A stretch of 17,835 bases of DNA from positions 1 through 17,835 of the forward strand of contig JAUQYZ020000127.1 of NCBI GenBank assembly GCA_030587475.2. The letters run 5' to 3'. Origin of the DNA: Candidatus Sigynarchaeum calidifontis. GTDB taxonomy: Archaea > Asgardarchaeota > Lokiarchaeia > Sigyniarchaeales > Sigyniarchaeaceae. Made by a program: the position numbers and the translations under genes. Below are positions 1 through 8,858 of this stretch, piece after piece. The notes below the pieces were generated by a model, which saw only the letters and a list, made by a program, of their open reading frames with translations, did not search any database and was not told the DNA's origin. The first letter of the stretch is position 1. The number at the start of each line of letters is the position of its first letter.

Positions 1-1
1 A

Positions 2-598
2 CCCCCGATCAAGGGTATCGACTTGCCAATGGTACATTATGCCTGGGATTTCCTAGACCCGACCAAGCGGATCTATCCTGGCGATACATGCGTGGTGATC
101 GGGGGTGGTGCAACGGGCGTGGAGACTGCCCTCGCATTGGCCGAGTTTGGAGCATTAAGCCCCGAGGTTGCTGGATTTCTCAATTATTTCGATGTTCTAA
201 GCGCGGAGGACGCGTGGAAAGCCACGCGGACGCAACGGAAGGTCATCATCATTGAAATCCTTGGCAAGCTTGGCCAGAACTTCGGAAAGTCGACGCGATG
301 GGTAATGCTCCAGGATTTACAAAAGCACGACATACGTTCCATAATGAACGCCAAGGTGACCCAGATCACGAGCCAGTCTGATGGAAGAGCAATGATCTCG
401 TATATTTCTGGAGAAACGGCGGATACTATCAAGGATGTTGATAGCATCTTCGTCGCAACATCTATCGAATCAGAAAACGCGATGGAGAAGGGATTGAAGG
501 AAGCCGGCGTGAAAGTAAAGCTCGTCGGGGACGCGAAGAAGACAGGAGACTTGATGCAAGCGATCCACACAGGCTTCAAGGCAGCGGTGAAACTGTAG
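2..598 (+). CDS. C-terminal part of an NADH:flavin oxidoreductase / 2,4-dienoyl-CoA reductase (FadH-like), 5'-truncated by the window edge
   Basis: The frame is open from the window start (PPIKGIDLPMV...). It has a second Rossmann motif VVIGGGATGVETA, the segment GQNFGKSTRW typical of FadH, and a terminal VGDA...AIHTGF. Confidence 0.85.
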   Translation, partial: PPIKGIDLPMVHYAWDFLDPTKRIYPGDTCVVIGGGATGVETALALAEFGALSPEVAGFLNYFDVLSAEDAWKATRTQRKVIIIEILGKLGQNFGKSTRWVMLQDLQKHDIRSIMNAKVTQITSQSDGRAMISYISGETADTIKDVDSIFVATSIESENAMEKGLKEAGVKVKLVGDAKKTGDLMQAIHTGFKAAVKL

Positions 599-618
599 AC
601 ATCCAACCGTTCACTGCA

Positions 619-1107
619 TCAAGAGGAGGGGGGCTTCGGTGCATCCGGTTTGCTGAAGAATCTCTTGTTCTGTTTCCGGGGCATTTTTTCTAGAATTTTT
701 TCAACCACGTGATCGAACTCGCGGGAATCGGCCGGTTTCTTGATCATGTCTTCGATCTTTTCCTTGTATTGCTCGATAAACGCGCTTGATATCTTTCGCA
801 GAAGCGTGGTTGACGCTTTTTTATCGAGATCACGATCCTCCACGATGTAAATGCTCAACTCCCGTTCTTTCGAGCTGGTTCCCGAGGTAAAAGTCGTTTT
901 CATCACGTGCATGTAGTGTTCTCCTATGTCGAGCTTGATGAGGTCGTTTCCGGAGCGGCTGGCGTGTATGCTCTTCTGTATCCTGAAGAGCACGGCATGG
1001 AGCAATGCAGCAATGATGTCATCATCGTCGATGGCACGGATGTCCTGGAACATCCGCTTGTAGAGCGGGAATCCGTCGCATGAGATGGCCATTTCGATAA
1101 CGGTCAT
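619..1107 (-). CDS. Putative longin-like domain protein (Asgard eukaryotic-signature type)
   Basis: ATG at 1107 is preceded by GGGGTG, just after the upstream gene's stop. The pattern is beta-beta (VIEMAISCDGFPLY), helix (DDIIAALLHAV), three strands, helix (LLRKISSAFIEQY), helix (EFDHVVEKIL), which matches longin topology. It ends in a basic, Pro-rich tail. Fold recognised by eye only. Confidence 0.65.
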   Translation of the reverse strand: MTVIEMAISCDGFPLYKRMFQDIRAIDDDDIIAALLHAVLFRIQKSIHASRSGNDLIKLDIGEHYMHVMKTTFTSGTSSKERELSIYIVEDRDLDKKASTTLLRKISSAFIEQYKEKIEDMIKKPADSREFDHVVEKILEKMPRKQNKRFFSKPDAPKPPSS

Positions 1108-1116
1108 GTGCACCCC

Positions 1117-1836
1117 TTAGATGTGCAAGAATGGATCCTTGATCTTGTAGATCTTGACAATCATGTCGATGATGACGAGACCTTCGATTATCGTGAAGAG
1201 CCCGTGCATGATGATGATGTTAAAACCAAAACCAAGGAGCCCGATCAAGAAGCCGGCCAGAATGATCAGGCCGATGGAATAGCATATGGAATAGCCGATG
1301 CGAGTTAGGATGTCAAGTGTTCTTGCATGGCCTTGATCTCGCGCAGCACGTCCATTGTGGACGAAAGATTTTTTGATTAGCTTCGTGAAATCGAATCGCT
1401 TAGATGGAAAAGGATACCATGATAAGGTCAAAGCAAAGCCGGGCAAGAAGAGTAAATCGATGCCATGAAAGACGATGCGGAATGGCGCGAGCATCATGCT
1501 TGTTTGGAATGCGATGATGATGAGCCACGAGATCGCGTTGAACACGATGATGGTGAAGATGGCCTTGAAGAGCGGTTCGGTTGTATAGTTGAACAAGAGC
1601 AACTTCAAGAACGGGAATCGGCGCGTGAGATCCTGGAACCATCGATGTGGAGCAGGAGAACCCACGCACTTGATCTTTATCTCGCCCGATCTTTCCATGT
1701 CTCGCAACATAGCCACCACCCGCTTTGTCGGGGCATTGGTTCTTTTATTGACGTTCATCACGAGCTGCTGCACGGTGCCCGGCTTTTCAACACTCAATAT
1801 CTCGTGCACGATGCCAGGTTCTAATCGTTCAGCCAT
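1117..1836 (-). CDS. DUF1616-family membrane protein with an N-terminal winged-helix-like domain
   Basis: About four hydrophobic segments. LLFLPGFALT...YP and LDILTRIGYSICYSI match the DUF1616 pattern. The N-terminal ~57 aa (PGTVQQLV...VVAMLRDMERSGEIKI) look like a wHTH. Confidence 0.7.
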   Translation of the reverse strand: MAERLEPGIVHEILSVEKPGTVQQLVMNVNKRTNAPTKRVVAMLRDMERSGEIKIKCVGSPAPHRWFQDLTRRFPFLKLLLFNYTTEPLFKAIFTIIVFNAISWLIIIAFQTSMMLAPFRIVFHGIDLLFLPGFALTLSWYPFPSKRFDFTKLIKKSFVHNGRAARDQGHARTLDILTRIGYSICYSIGLIILAGFLIGLLGFGFNIIIMHGLFTIIEGLVIIDMIVKIYKIKDPFLHI

Positions 1837-2064
1837 TGGAACGGTCGCGCCTCGGAAATTAGCGGCGAATCCGCCATGAGATGGAATCCAGCATTACCTT
1901 TGATAATCCACCATCCCAAGAATTTAACATTGCTCGATCGTTAGCGCAATCGCCCGCACCGGCGGGTGTTCTTTTGCGACATCGCGTCTTCGAAATGTTG
2001 GGTGGCTAATCCGCAAGAATCCCCATGGCTTTTATACACGAATTTTCTCACAATATATGGAGAC

Positions 2065-2643
2065 ATGAAGACCGCCGCGATCGCGAACGATGTTACCGTC
2101 GAGGAAATCGTCGAGCTCGTGCCCTCGCTCGCCCGATTCGTTAAGGGTTCGAGCTTCATCTTGCCTCGGAAAAACGACTCGTGTTACATCGTGAAAGGAT
2201 TGTCGGTCTTTTTCTTGAAGCGCCGGTGCTTGGATTGCCTCCATTTTCGCCAAGCAAAAGGTTGTGGGATAGGATCCGATTGCAAGTCCATTTGCTTGAT
2301 ACCAGAGGAATCGAGCACGAGAGGCTGGACGAACATCGATGATGTCAGCATCACGGGCACGCATTTACTCGTGTTGGCCAAGATATTCACGCTCGTTCAA
2401 GAAGAATTGCCATCATTCATCGAATCACAGATTCCTGGCGATTTTTTCGTCACCAATTGCAAGAAATTTATTAGGATCCAACCGATCGTGTATCGCATGC
2501 TGCTAGACCTCGACAAGCAGGAGGAGGAGATCGAGGCCAAGTTCAAGGAGGGGAAATTGCCCGTGGAACACAAGGAAAAGTTCATGGCTGAGATCCTCGC
2601 GGAGAAAGCAGAGCTGCTGGATCGTCTCTCCCTCGTGATCTGA
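2065..2643 (+). CDS. Hypothetical Cys-rich, putative metal-binding protein with a C-terminal coiled/SHOCT-like helix pair
   Basis: ATG at 2065 follows GGAGA and a TTTTATAC box (~2030-2037). It carries CLDCLHF-x5-C-x5-C-x3-C plus a distal CKKF, and a charged helical C-terminus. Confidence 0.75.
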   Translation: MKTAAIANDVTVEEIVELVPSLARFVKGSSFILPRKNDSCYIVKGLSVFFLKRRCLDCLHFRQAKGCGIGSDCKSICLIPEESSTRGWTNIDDVSITGTHLLVLAKIFTLVQEELPSFIESQIPGDFFVTNCKKFIRIQPIVYRMLLDLDKQEEEIEAKFKEGKLPVEHKEKFMAEILAEKAELLDRLSLVI

Positions 2644-2736
2644 TTTCGGCAACCGCTCGACGTTCCGGCGGCATTTAAGTGAACGCCCTCCTTTCGGGCA
2701 TTGTCAGATCATGGTTTAAGCGCAGGGTGACCGATC

Positions 2737-3189
2737 GTGGGTGGCAACGATGAATTGGAACGGAGTGGAAATTGGAAGTTTGATTTCACGAAACTCTTCC
2801 AGATATCACGGAAGCTCGATCCGAAAAACCCAGTCGTGCCAGTAATCGTGCAAGACGTGAACACGAAAGATGTCTTGATCCTGGCATACGCGAACAGGCA
2901 AGCTCTGGAGACGACTTTTGAAACGGGCATGGCCACGTTCTGGAGCACGAGCAGGAACGAGCTCTGGATCAAGGGGAAATCTTCGGGTGACGTGCTCAAG
3001 ATCAAGGATGTCCGCGTGAATTGCGAGCAGAATTCGCTCCTTTACCTCGTTGAGCCGGTAAAAGGAGGCGCTTGCCACGTGCTTGACAAGAATGGCAAGA
3101 GCATGACAACTTGCTATTATAGACGGGTCACGCGAGACGGGGCGAGCAAGGATTTCAAGCTCGAGACCGTGCCGGGCTTCAACATCTGA
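2737..3189 (+). CDS. hisI: Phosphoribosyl-AMP cyclohydrolase
   Basis: PVIVQD...VLILAYAN, FWSTSRNELWIKGKSSG, NCEQNSLLY, GGACH and TCYYR; GGGTGA RBS upstream of the GTG start. Confidence 0.95.
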   Translation: MGGNDELERSGNWKFDFTKLFQISRKLDPKNPVVPVIVQDVNTKDVLILAYANRQALETTFETGMATFWSTSRNELWIKGKSSGDVLKIKDVRVNCEQNSLLYLVEPVKGGACHVLDKNGKSMTTCYYRRVTRDGASKDFKLETVPGFNI

Positions 3190-3205
3190 TCATGCGTTTC
3201 CCGTG

Positions 3206-4018
3206 TCAATACCGCATCGGGATACCCGCGTCCAGGCATTTCTTTTTCACGTCCATGATCGAGAACTCGTTGAAATGGAAGATGGAGGCAGCCAGCGCTG
3301 CATCGGCCTTCCCCACGGTGAGCGCATCAATAATATGGTCCGGGTTACCACACCCGCCAGAAGCAATGACAGGGATGGAGACCCGCTCCGAGATCGCCCG
3401 CGTGATGGCCAGGTCATAACCTTGTTTCACGCCATCCTCGTCCATGGAAGTGAGCAAGATCTCGCCCGCGCCGCGTTTCTCGACCTCGAGTGCCCAGTTT
3501 ACCGCGTCGATGCCGGTTTCCGTCCGGCCGCCGTGGATGACGACCTCGTACCAGCAAGGTCCATCCTTCGTGTCCTCGACGATGACATTGCCTTCCGGCC
3601 TATCTCTTCCAACGGGGCGGCGTTTGACATCAATAGCACAGACGATACATTGCGACCCGAACACCCGGGCTCCTTCATTGATGATATCAGGGGTTTTTAC
3701 CGCGGCCGTGTTGATCGAGACCTTGTCGGCCCCGGCGAGCAAGATCTCGCGGATGTCCTTGATCGTCCGGATGCCACCCCCAACGCAGAAGGGGATGAAT
3801 ACTTGCTCGGCGGTGCGCCGCACGACATCGAGCAAGATATCACGCGCGTCCGACGAGGCCGTGATGTCAAGGAACGTGATCTCGTCGGCGCCGGCCTCGC
3901 TGTAGCGTGCTGCCAAGGATGGCGGGTCTGCTTCCCATTCCATGAGCTGGAAGCGCACGCCCTTCCGCACTTTTCCGCCGGTCATGTCAAGGCATGGGAT
4001 AATTCTTTTACCAAGCAT
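3206..4018 (-). CDS. hisF: Imidazole glycerol phosphate synthase cyclase subunit
   Basis: [52 protein letters not shown]...GYDL, PVIASGG and AALAASIFH. Confidence 0.98.
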   Translation of the reverse strand: MLGKRIIPCLDMTGGKVRKGVRFQLMEWEADPPSLAARYSEAGADEITFLDITASSDARDILLDVVRRTAEQVFIPFCVGGGIRTIKDIREILLAGADKVSINTAAVKTPDIINEGARVFGSQCIVCAIDVKRRPVGRDRPEGNVIVEDTKDGPCWYEVVIHGGRTETGIDAVNWALEVEKRGAGEILLTSMDEDGVKQGYDLAITRAISERVSIPVIASGGCGNPDHIIDALTVGKADAALAASIFHFNEFSIMDVKKKCLDAGIPMRY

Positions 4019-4130
4019 TTCAAGGTGTGAGAAGCTCGCTGATTCAATAAATTTTTTTGAACGTGCTCTATTTGCCCTTTAATAGCCACGCGGGCTATCA
4101 ATGGCGCCAACACGCGAGGACAGCAGAGCC

Positions 4131-5663
4131 ATGTACTTGCCCACCGTTCAACAAAAGTCCCGGATCATCGAAAATGGCAATTCACCATGGCATATCAAGG
4201 CCCGGGAGACCTTGCTCGAGCTTTTCGAGGTGGGACTCGCCGCCGTGAATCCGTTTTCGGCGGTGAAAAGGCACGTGGTGTTCAACAGCGATGCCATCAC
4301 GATCAAGTCCGGCGACGGCATCGCGTGCACGTTTCCGCTCGAGGACGTGGGCCGGATATTTGTCGTCGGGGGAGGGAAGGCCACGGCAAGGATGGCTTGG
4401 GCGCTCGAAGACATCTTCGGCGATCGCATCAAGGCGGGTTTCATCAACGTGCCCGCGGGACAGCTCCGTCAAGACCCGCCACGGCTCAAGCGCATCAAGC
4501 CCATGGGGGCGAGCCACCCGCTTCCCGACCAGGCCGGCGTTGACGGCGTCAAGAAGATGATCGAGCTGTCGCGGGAGGCGCGCTCGAAGGACCTCGTGTT
4601 TTGTCTGATATCCGGGGGCGGGAGCGCCCTCATGCCCCAGCCCGCGGATGACATCACGTTGGAAGACAAGCGCGTGCTTAACAAGCTCCTGATCGAGAGC
4701 GGGGCCACGATCCACGAGATCAACGTCGTGCGAAAACACGCGTCGATGGTGAAGGGAGGCTGGCTTGCACGGCATTTCCAGCCTGCACGCGTCGTTGGCT
4801 TGCTGCTTTCGGACGTGGTCGGCGATGACATCTCCACCATCGCGTCAGGACCGACGGCGCCCGATCCCAGCACCTTTTCCGAAGCGGTCAACATCATCGA
4901 CAAGTATAACCTGCTCGAGCGCATCCCCGCGCGCGTGCGGAAGTATTTCGTCCAGGGCATGCGAAACGAGGTCCCTGAAACGCCAAAGCCGGAAGATAAG
5001 ATGTTCAACAACGTCACGAACGTGGTGATCGGCAGTGCCCAAGTCGCCGCCAATGAAATCGTACGAGTCGCAAGATCATCAATGAATATCAAGTATGCGT
5101 GCACTGTGACGAGCCGGCTAGAAGGCGAGGCGGCACAAGTTGGCAAGGAGCTTCATGATTTTATCAAGTGCATCGTGGACCGCAAGCCGAAGGTGAGGAT
5201 CCCCACGGGCCACGACACCGCATCAGCTGACACGAACATCTTGATCGAATACGGTCGTCCCGGGAACGGCGAAGGAGACTCGCTGTTACTCCTCACGGGG
5301 GAAACCACGGTCACGATCAAGGGAAACGGTATCGGGGGCAGGAATCAAGAGCTCTTGCTCTCCTTTTTATGCAATGCTGCCGAGCAATCGAAGAGCCGGT
5401 TCGCGATCTTGAGTTGCGGCATGGATGGCATCGAGGGAAACAGCACGGCCGCGGGAGCCCTCATCGACGACTTCTCCCGGCAGCGTGCCATGGACAAGTC
5501 GATAGACCTCGTGAAAGCCCTGGAACGAAATGACTCGAACGCCGTGTTCACGGCCCTCGGCGATGCCATCATCACGGGGCAGACCGGCACGAACGTGAAC
5601 GACATCACGATGATCTTGATCGACGTGCCCGTGAGAAACGTTCGAGCCGAATGGAAATTGTGA
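4131..5663 (+). CDS. Glycerate 2-kinase (DUF4147 + MOFRL domains, GLYCTK/TtuD family)
   Basis: VVGGGKA, ASHPLPD, LISGGGSAL, EINVVRKH.S.VKGG, SDVVGDD...IASGPT, GETTV...G.GGRNQE and TGQTGTNVND. The start could instead be 4101. Confidence 0.95.
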   Translation: MYLPTVQQKSRIIENGNSPWHIKARETLLELFEVGLAAVNPFSAVKRHVVFNSDAITIKSGDGIACTFPLEDVGRIFVVGGGKATARMAWALEDIFGDRIKAGFINVPAGQLRQDPPRLKRIKPMGASHPLPDQAGVDGVKKMIELSREARSKDLVFCLISGGGSALMPQPADDITLEDKRVLNKLLIESGATIHEINVVRKHASMVKGGWLARHFQPARVVGLLLSDVVGDDISTIASGPTAPDPSTFSEAVNIIDKYNLLERIPARVRKYFVQGMRNEVPETPKPEDKMFNNVTNVVIGSAQVAANEIVRVARSSMNIKYACTVTSRLEGEAAQVGKELHDFIKCIVDRKPKVRIPTGHDTASADTNILIEYGRPGNGEGDSLLLLTGETTVTIKGNGIGGRNQELLLSFLCNAAEQSKSRFAILSCGMDGIEGNSTAAGALIDDFSRQRAMDKSIDLVKALERNDSNAVFTALGDAIITGQTGTNVNDITMILIDVPVRNVRAEWKL

Positions 5664-5754
5664 ATGCCAACCGGCATCTTCTTCTTGCACGTTCCGAACG
5701 TGTATATCGCTATCCGATGGGTCTTGCCAGAGAAGGAGAGAAAGGAACCGGGGT

Positions 5755-6351
5755 TCATAGCGGCTGTGTTATGTTCCAACCTATCAAGTCCTTGATGTCC
5801 TCGTACGCGCCCTTGAGTCCCATGGCATCGAGCAGCTCGCCAATCTTGTCGCGGGGGTGATCGATGCCGACGCTCTCGAGGTACCGCTCGAAATCCTCGA
5901 TGCGTTCCTGGATCACGGATTCCTCGAGCATTTGCTTGAGCTTGGCACCTGCATTCTTCACGCCCAGCTTTTCCAGGCTTTCCTTGGCTGCTTGATACCG
6001 CGCGTGGAAGTTGAGAATCTCGGCAGCCTTGTCGATGCGGTCGATGCCATCCTTGATCTTGAGCTTGCTGATGGCGGACTTGATGTCGTCGATCTTCAAG
6101 CGGGACACGATCGATTTCAAGAATTCCCGCGTTGATTCCGATATCTTGTCAAGACCGGCTTGCTTGAGCGTCCGCTCGAGCTCGTCATAGATCTTCTGGA
6201 TATCGAAAGCTCCTTGGTTTAATTCAGTCGTCTTGACATTCAAGACTTGAAATATTTTCTCCAGTTTCTTGCCTGGTTCCTCGATGCCGATGATCTCGAG
6301 GATTTTCTCGATCGAGCCCATCGGTTTCGATCGCTCGTCTTCGCCGGCCAT
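5755..6351 (-). CDS. Hypothetical all-helical protein with repeated L(E/K)xxG(I/V/L) amphipathic motif
   Basis: K/E/I/L-rich ORF with protein-like composition and four similar internal segments. The start is uncertain (6360, 6351 or the later MGSIEK Met). Confidence 0.75.
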   Translation of the reverse strand: MAGEDERSKPMGSIEKILEIIGIEEPGKKLEKIFQVLNVKTTELNQGAFDIQKIYDELERTLKQAGLDKISESTREFLKSIVSRLKIDDIKSAISKLKIKDGIDRIDKAAEILNFHARYQAAKESLEKLGVKNAGAKLKQMLEESVIQERIEDFERYLESVGIDHPRDKIGELLDAMGLKGAYEDIKDLIGWNITQPL

Positions 6352-6469
6352 GGCACGCACGCATGCAATCTATTTGATGTGCAACGGTAAGCCAGTCGTG
6401 TAGAAAAATTTTTTGTTTCCGCCGCATCGCCGCGCCCGTATCCGCCGGCTTTGCCGTCCTGGTTCCCAG

Positions 6470-6494
6470 CCCGGCTCGCGTTTTTAAGGCCGGG
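6470..6494 (+). promoter_or_regulatory. Putative TATA box (TTTTTAAG) flanked by a CCCGGC/GCCGGG inverted repeat, upstream of the CoA transferase-GNAT gene
   Basis: TTTTTAAG at 6481-6488 lies in a divergent intergenic region, and an AGGAGTGA RBS lies at 6541-6548. Confidence 0.35.
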
Positions 6495-6555
6495 GCGGCT
6501 AGATGCTACACGAGAACATGTACACGAAAAGCACGCTGCGAGGAGTGAACGACAC

Positions 6556-8499
6556 ATGAGCACGAGCGGCACGGGGCGATATTTTAACTCTAGCCTACCG
6601 AACTGGCGGGAAATGCACAACAAGCGCGAGATCAAGGCGGAGGAGGTCGCGTTGCGGCTTATCCAGCCCGGCCAGCAAATCTACATCGATTCCGGCGTTA
6701 GCGAGCCGCAAGCCATCGTGAAAGCAATGATACAATATGCCAAGGCCATGATCGACGTCAATATCATCCAGTTCTTGTGTCTCAGGGACAAGCAATATTT
6801 TGACGAGTCTTTCGGCGCGCAAGACGTGTTCCGCCACAACGCCTTTTTCATCGGGGCAGATTCGCTGCGCGACGCCGTGCGGAAGGGCGGCGCCGATTAC
6901 ACGCCCATTTACTTGTCCGACATGCCAGCACTGTTCAAACGACGGCGCATTCACGTCGATGCCGCGATCATCCTCGTTTCGCCACCGGACACGCATGGAA
7001 ATTGCTCGTTCGGCGCGAACGTTGATATCGTCAAGGCCATCGCCGAGAACGCGGAAATGGTCATCGCAGAAATCAACCCGTTCGTGCCGCGAACCCACGG
7101 CGACTCGTTCATTAGCATGGACAAGATCGACTATTGGGTGTACAACGATGGCAACGACTTGCTCGAGTTCAAGTACGATCCCCCCGATGACGTGGCGACT
7201 AGCATCGCCCGGCACATCAGCATGCTCGTGGAAGACGAGTCGACGATCCAGATGGGGATCGGCACGATACCCAACACGGTGCTCGCCTACCTCGACAGCA
7301 AGAAGCACCTGGGAGTCCACACGGAGGTGTTTTCCGACGGCGTGGTCGATCTCGTCGAGAAGGGCGTGATCACGTGCGAGAAGAAAACCTTGCACCCGAA
7401 CAAGATCATCTGTAGTTTCACCATGGGCTCCAAGAAACTCTATGATTTCATCCACGACAATCCGTTCGTGAACTTCTATCCCGTCGATTACGTGAACGAC
7501 CCGTCGGTCATCGCACGCAACCGGAAGCAAGTGGCGATCAACGCTGCGCTCTCGATCGATTTCACGGGGCAAGTGAATGCCGATAGCATCGGGAGCGCCT
7601 TCTATAGCGGCATCGGTGGCCAGATGGACTTCATGCGCGGCGCGGCGAAGTCCGAAGGCGGCAAGCCAATAATCACCTTGCCGAGTACCTACACGACCGA
7701 GGATGGCAGGCTGATGTCACGCATCGTCCCGTCGCTCCCGCCCTATGCTGGCGTGACGGTAACCCGTGGAGACGTGCATTACGTCGTGACCGAGTGGGGC
7801 ACCGCGTTCTTGCACGGGAAAAGCATCCGGGAGCGGGTCATGGCCATGATCGGCATCGCCCACCCCGATTTCCGCGAGATGCTGCTCGAGGAGGCCAAGA
7901 AAATCAATTACGTGTTCAAGGACCAGGAACTCGCCATCGGTGCAGATGGCAGGGTCGTGCAATACCCCCAAAAATACGAGCGGTTCTTCTTGCTCAAGGA
8001 CGGCACCCAGCTGTTCTTCCGGCCCATCAAGCCCACCGACGAGCGCGGCATGCAGGAGCTGTATTACAACTTGAGCGACCAGGACAGGTTTTACCGGTTC
8101 TTCACCCCGATGAAAACGTTCAGGCGGGACAAGATCAAGCCGCTGGTGTATATTGATTACAAGACCACGTTCATCATCGTTGGTGTCAAGGAAGAGGCTG
8201 ATGTCCAGGAAATCGTCGCATCCGGCGGGTATTTTCTCAACCCGAACATCAACCTGGCAGAGATCGCATTCACGGTTGCCGATTCCATGCGAAACAAGGG
8301 GGTGACGAAGATCATGCTCGAATATCTCATCCGCATTGCGCAGGAACAAGGCATCGATGGATTTTATGGCACGATCCTCATGGAGAACAAGCCGATGCTC
8401 CACATCATCCGCACGCTGCCCTACAAGCTCGAAGCGACCGTGGCCGACGCCGAGTTCAATTTCAAGTTCCGGTTCGCTGATTTCATCGAGAAACAATAG
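6556..8499 (+). CDS. Acetyl-CoA hydrolase/4-hydroxybutyrate CoA-transferase family protein fused to a C-terminal GNAT acetyltransferase
   Basis: ADYTPIYLS, VSPPD.HG.CSFG, TIQMGIGTIP, LGVHTEVFSDG (catalytic Glu), SGIGGQMDFMRGA and VVTEWG. The C-terminal domain has FRPIKPTDE, DRFYRFF, AEIAFTVAD.MRNKG and ENKPML. ATG 6556 follows the AGGAGTGA RBS. Confidence 0.93.
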   Translation: MSTSGTGRYFNSSLPNWREMHNKREIKAEEVALRLIQPGQQIYIDSGVSEPQAIVKAMIQYAKAMIDVNIIQFLCLRDKQYFDESFGAQDVFRHNAFFIGADSLRDAVRKGGADYTPIYLSDMPALFKRRRIHVDAAIILVSPPDTHGNCSFGANVDIVKAIAENAEMVIAEINPFVPRTHGDSFISMDKIDYWVYNDGNDLLEFKYDPPDDVATSIARHISMLVEDESTIQMGIGTIPNTVLAYLDSKKHLGVHTEVFSDGVVDLVEKGVITCEKKTLHPNKIICSFTMGSKKLYDFIHDNPFVNFYPVDYVNDPSVIARNRKQVAINAALSIDFTGQVNADSIGSAFYSGIGGQMDFMRGAAKSEGGKPIITLPSTYTTEDGRLMSRIVPSLPPYAGVTVTRGDVHYVVTEWGTAFLHGKSIRERVMAMIGIAHPDFREMLLEEAKKINYVFKDQELAIGADGRVVQYPQKYERFFLLKDGTQLFFRPIKPTDERGMQELYYNLSDQDRFYRFFTPMKTFRRDKIKPLVYIDYKTTFIIVGVKEEADVQEIVASGGYFLNPNINLAEIAFTVADSMRNKGVTKIMLEYLIRIAQEQGIDGFYGTILMENKPMLHIIRTLPYKLEATVADAEFNFKFRFADFIEKQ

Positions 8500-8625
8500 A
8501 GAAGTTCAACGCTTTCGTTTTTCTCACTTCTTGATAAAGCGGCTTGAAACTTGCCAAATATTATTGAGAAATAGTGTATCGAGAAGATTTAAGAAGATGA
8601 TGCCGCTAGAATCCCAATGGATATA

Positions 8626-8727
8626 TTAAACGAGCTTAAAGCCGTCCGTGTTCCCGCATTTTGGGCATTTGAGATTATCGAGATCCTCTGAATCAAACTT
8701 TTCATGACATTTCTCGCATTCCCACAT
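8626..8727 (-). CDS. 33-aa zinc-ribbon microprotein (CxxC-x13-CPxCG)
   Basis: MWECEKCHEKFDSEDLDNLKCPKCGNTDGFKLV; the ATG at 8727 is preceded by an AAGGA RBS-like motif. The longer 78-aa ORF extension is probably not translated. Confidence 0.75.
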   Translation of the reverse strand: MWECEKCHEKFDSEDLDNLKCPKCGNTDGFKLV

Positions 8728-8858
8728 CGTGCGGTTCCTTTTTTCTGTTTTAGCACCAGGCACGCGTATTCTCGGAGCAATCGGGACTGGTGACGATAAG
8801 AGATATTCGACTTTAGAGTTTAAAATGGTTTCCGAACGCGCCATAAAACGCCGGCGGG

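Noticed and set aside
2710-2720. Identical 11-mer CATGGTTTAAG here and at 10498-10508 as a shared regulator site
   Set aside because: Most of it is a generic TATA-like TTTAAG, and two copies upstream of unrelated genes are insufficient evidence.
3203-4030. 275-aa + strand ORF, and similar long ORFs at 6595-7572, 7717-8496, 9330-10454, 10488-11714, 13486-14301, 16091-17215 and 16311-17180
   Set aside because: These are antisense shadows of genes on the opposite strand. They lack motifs and are expected with GC-biased codon usage.
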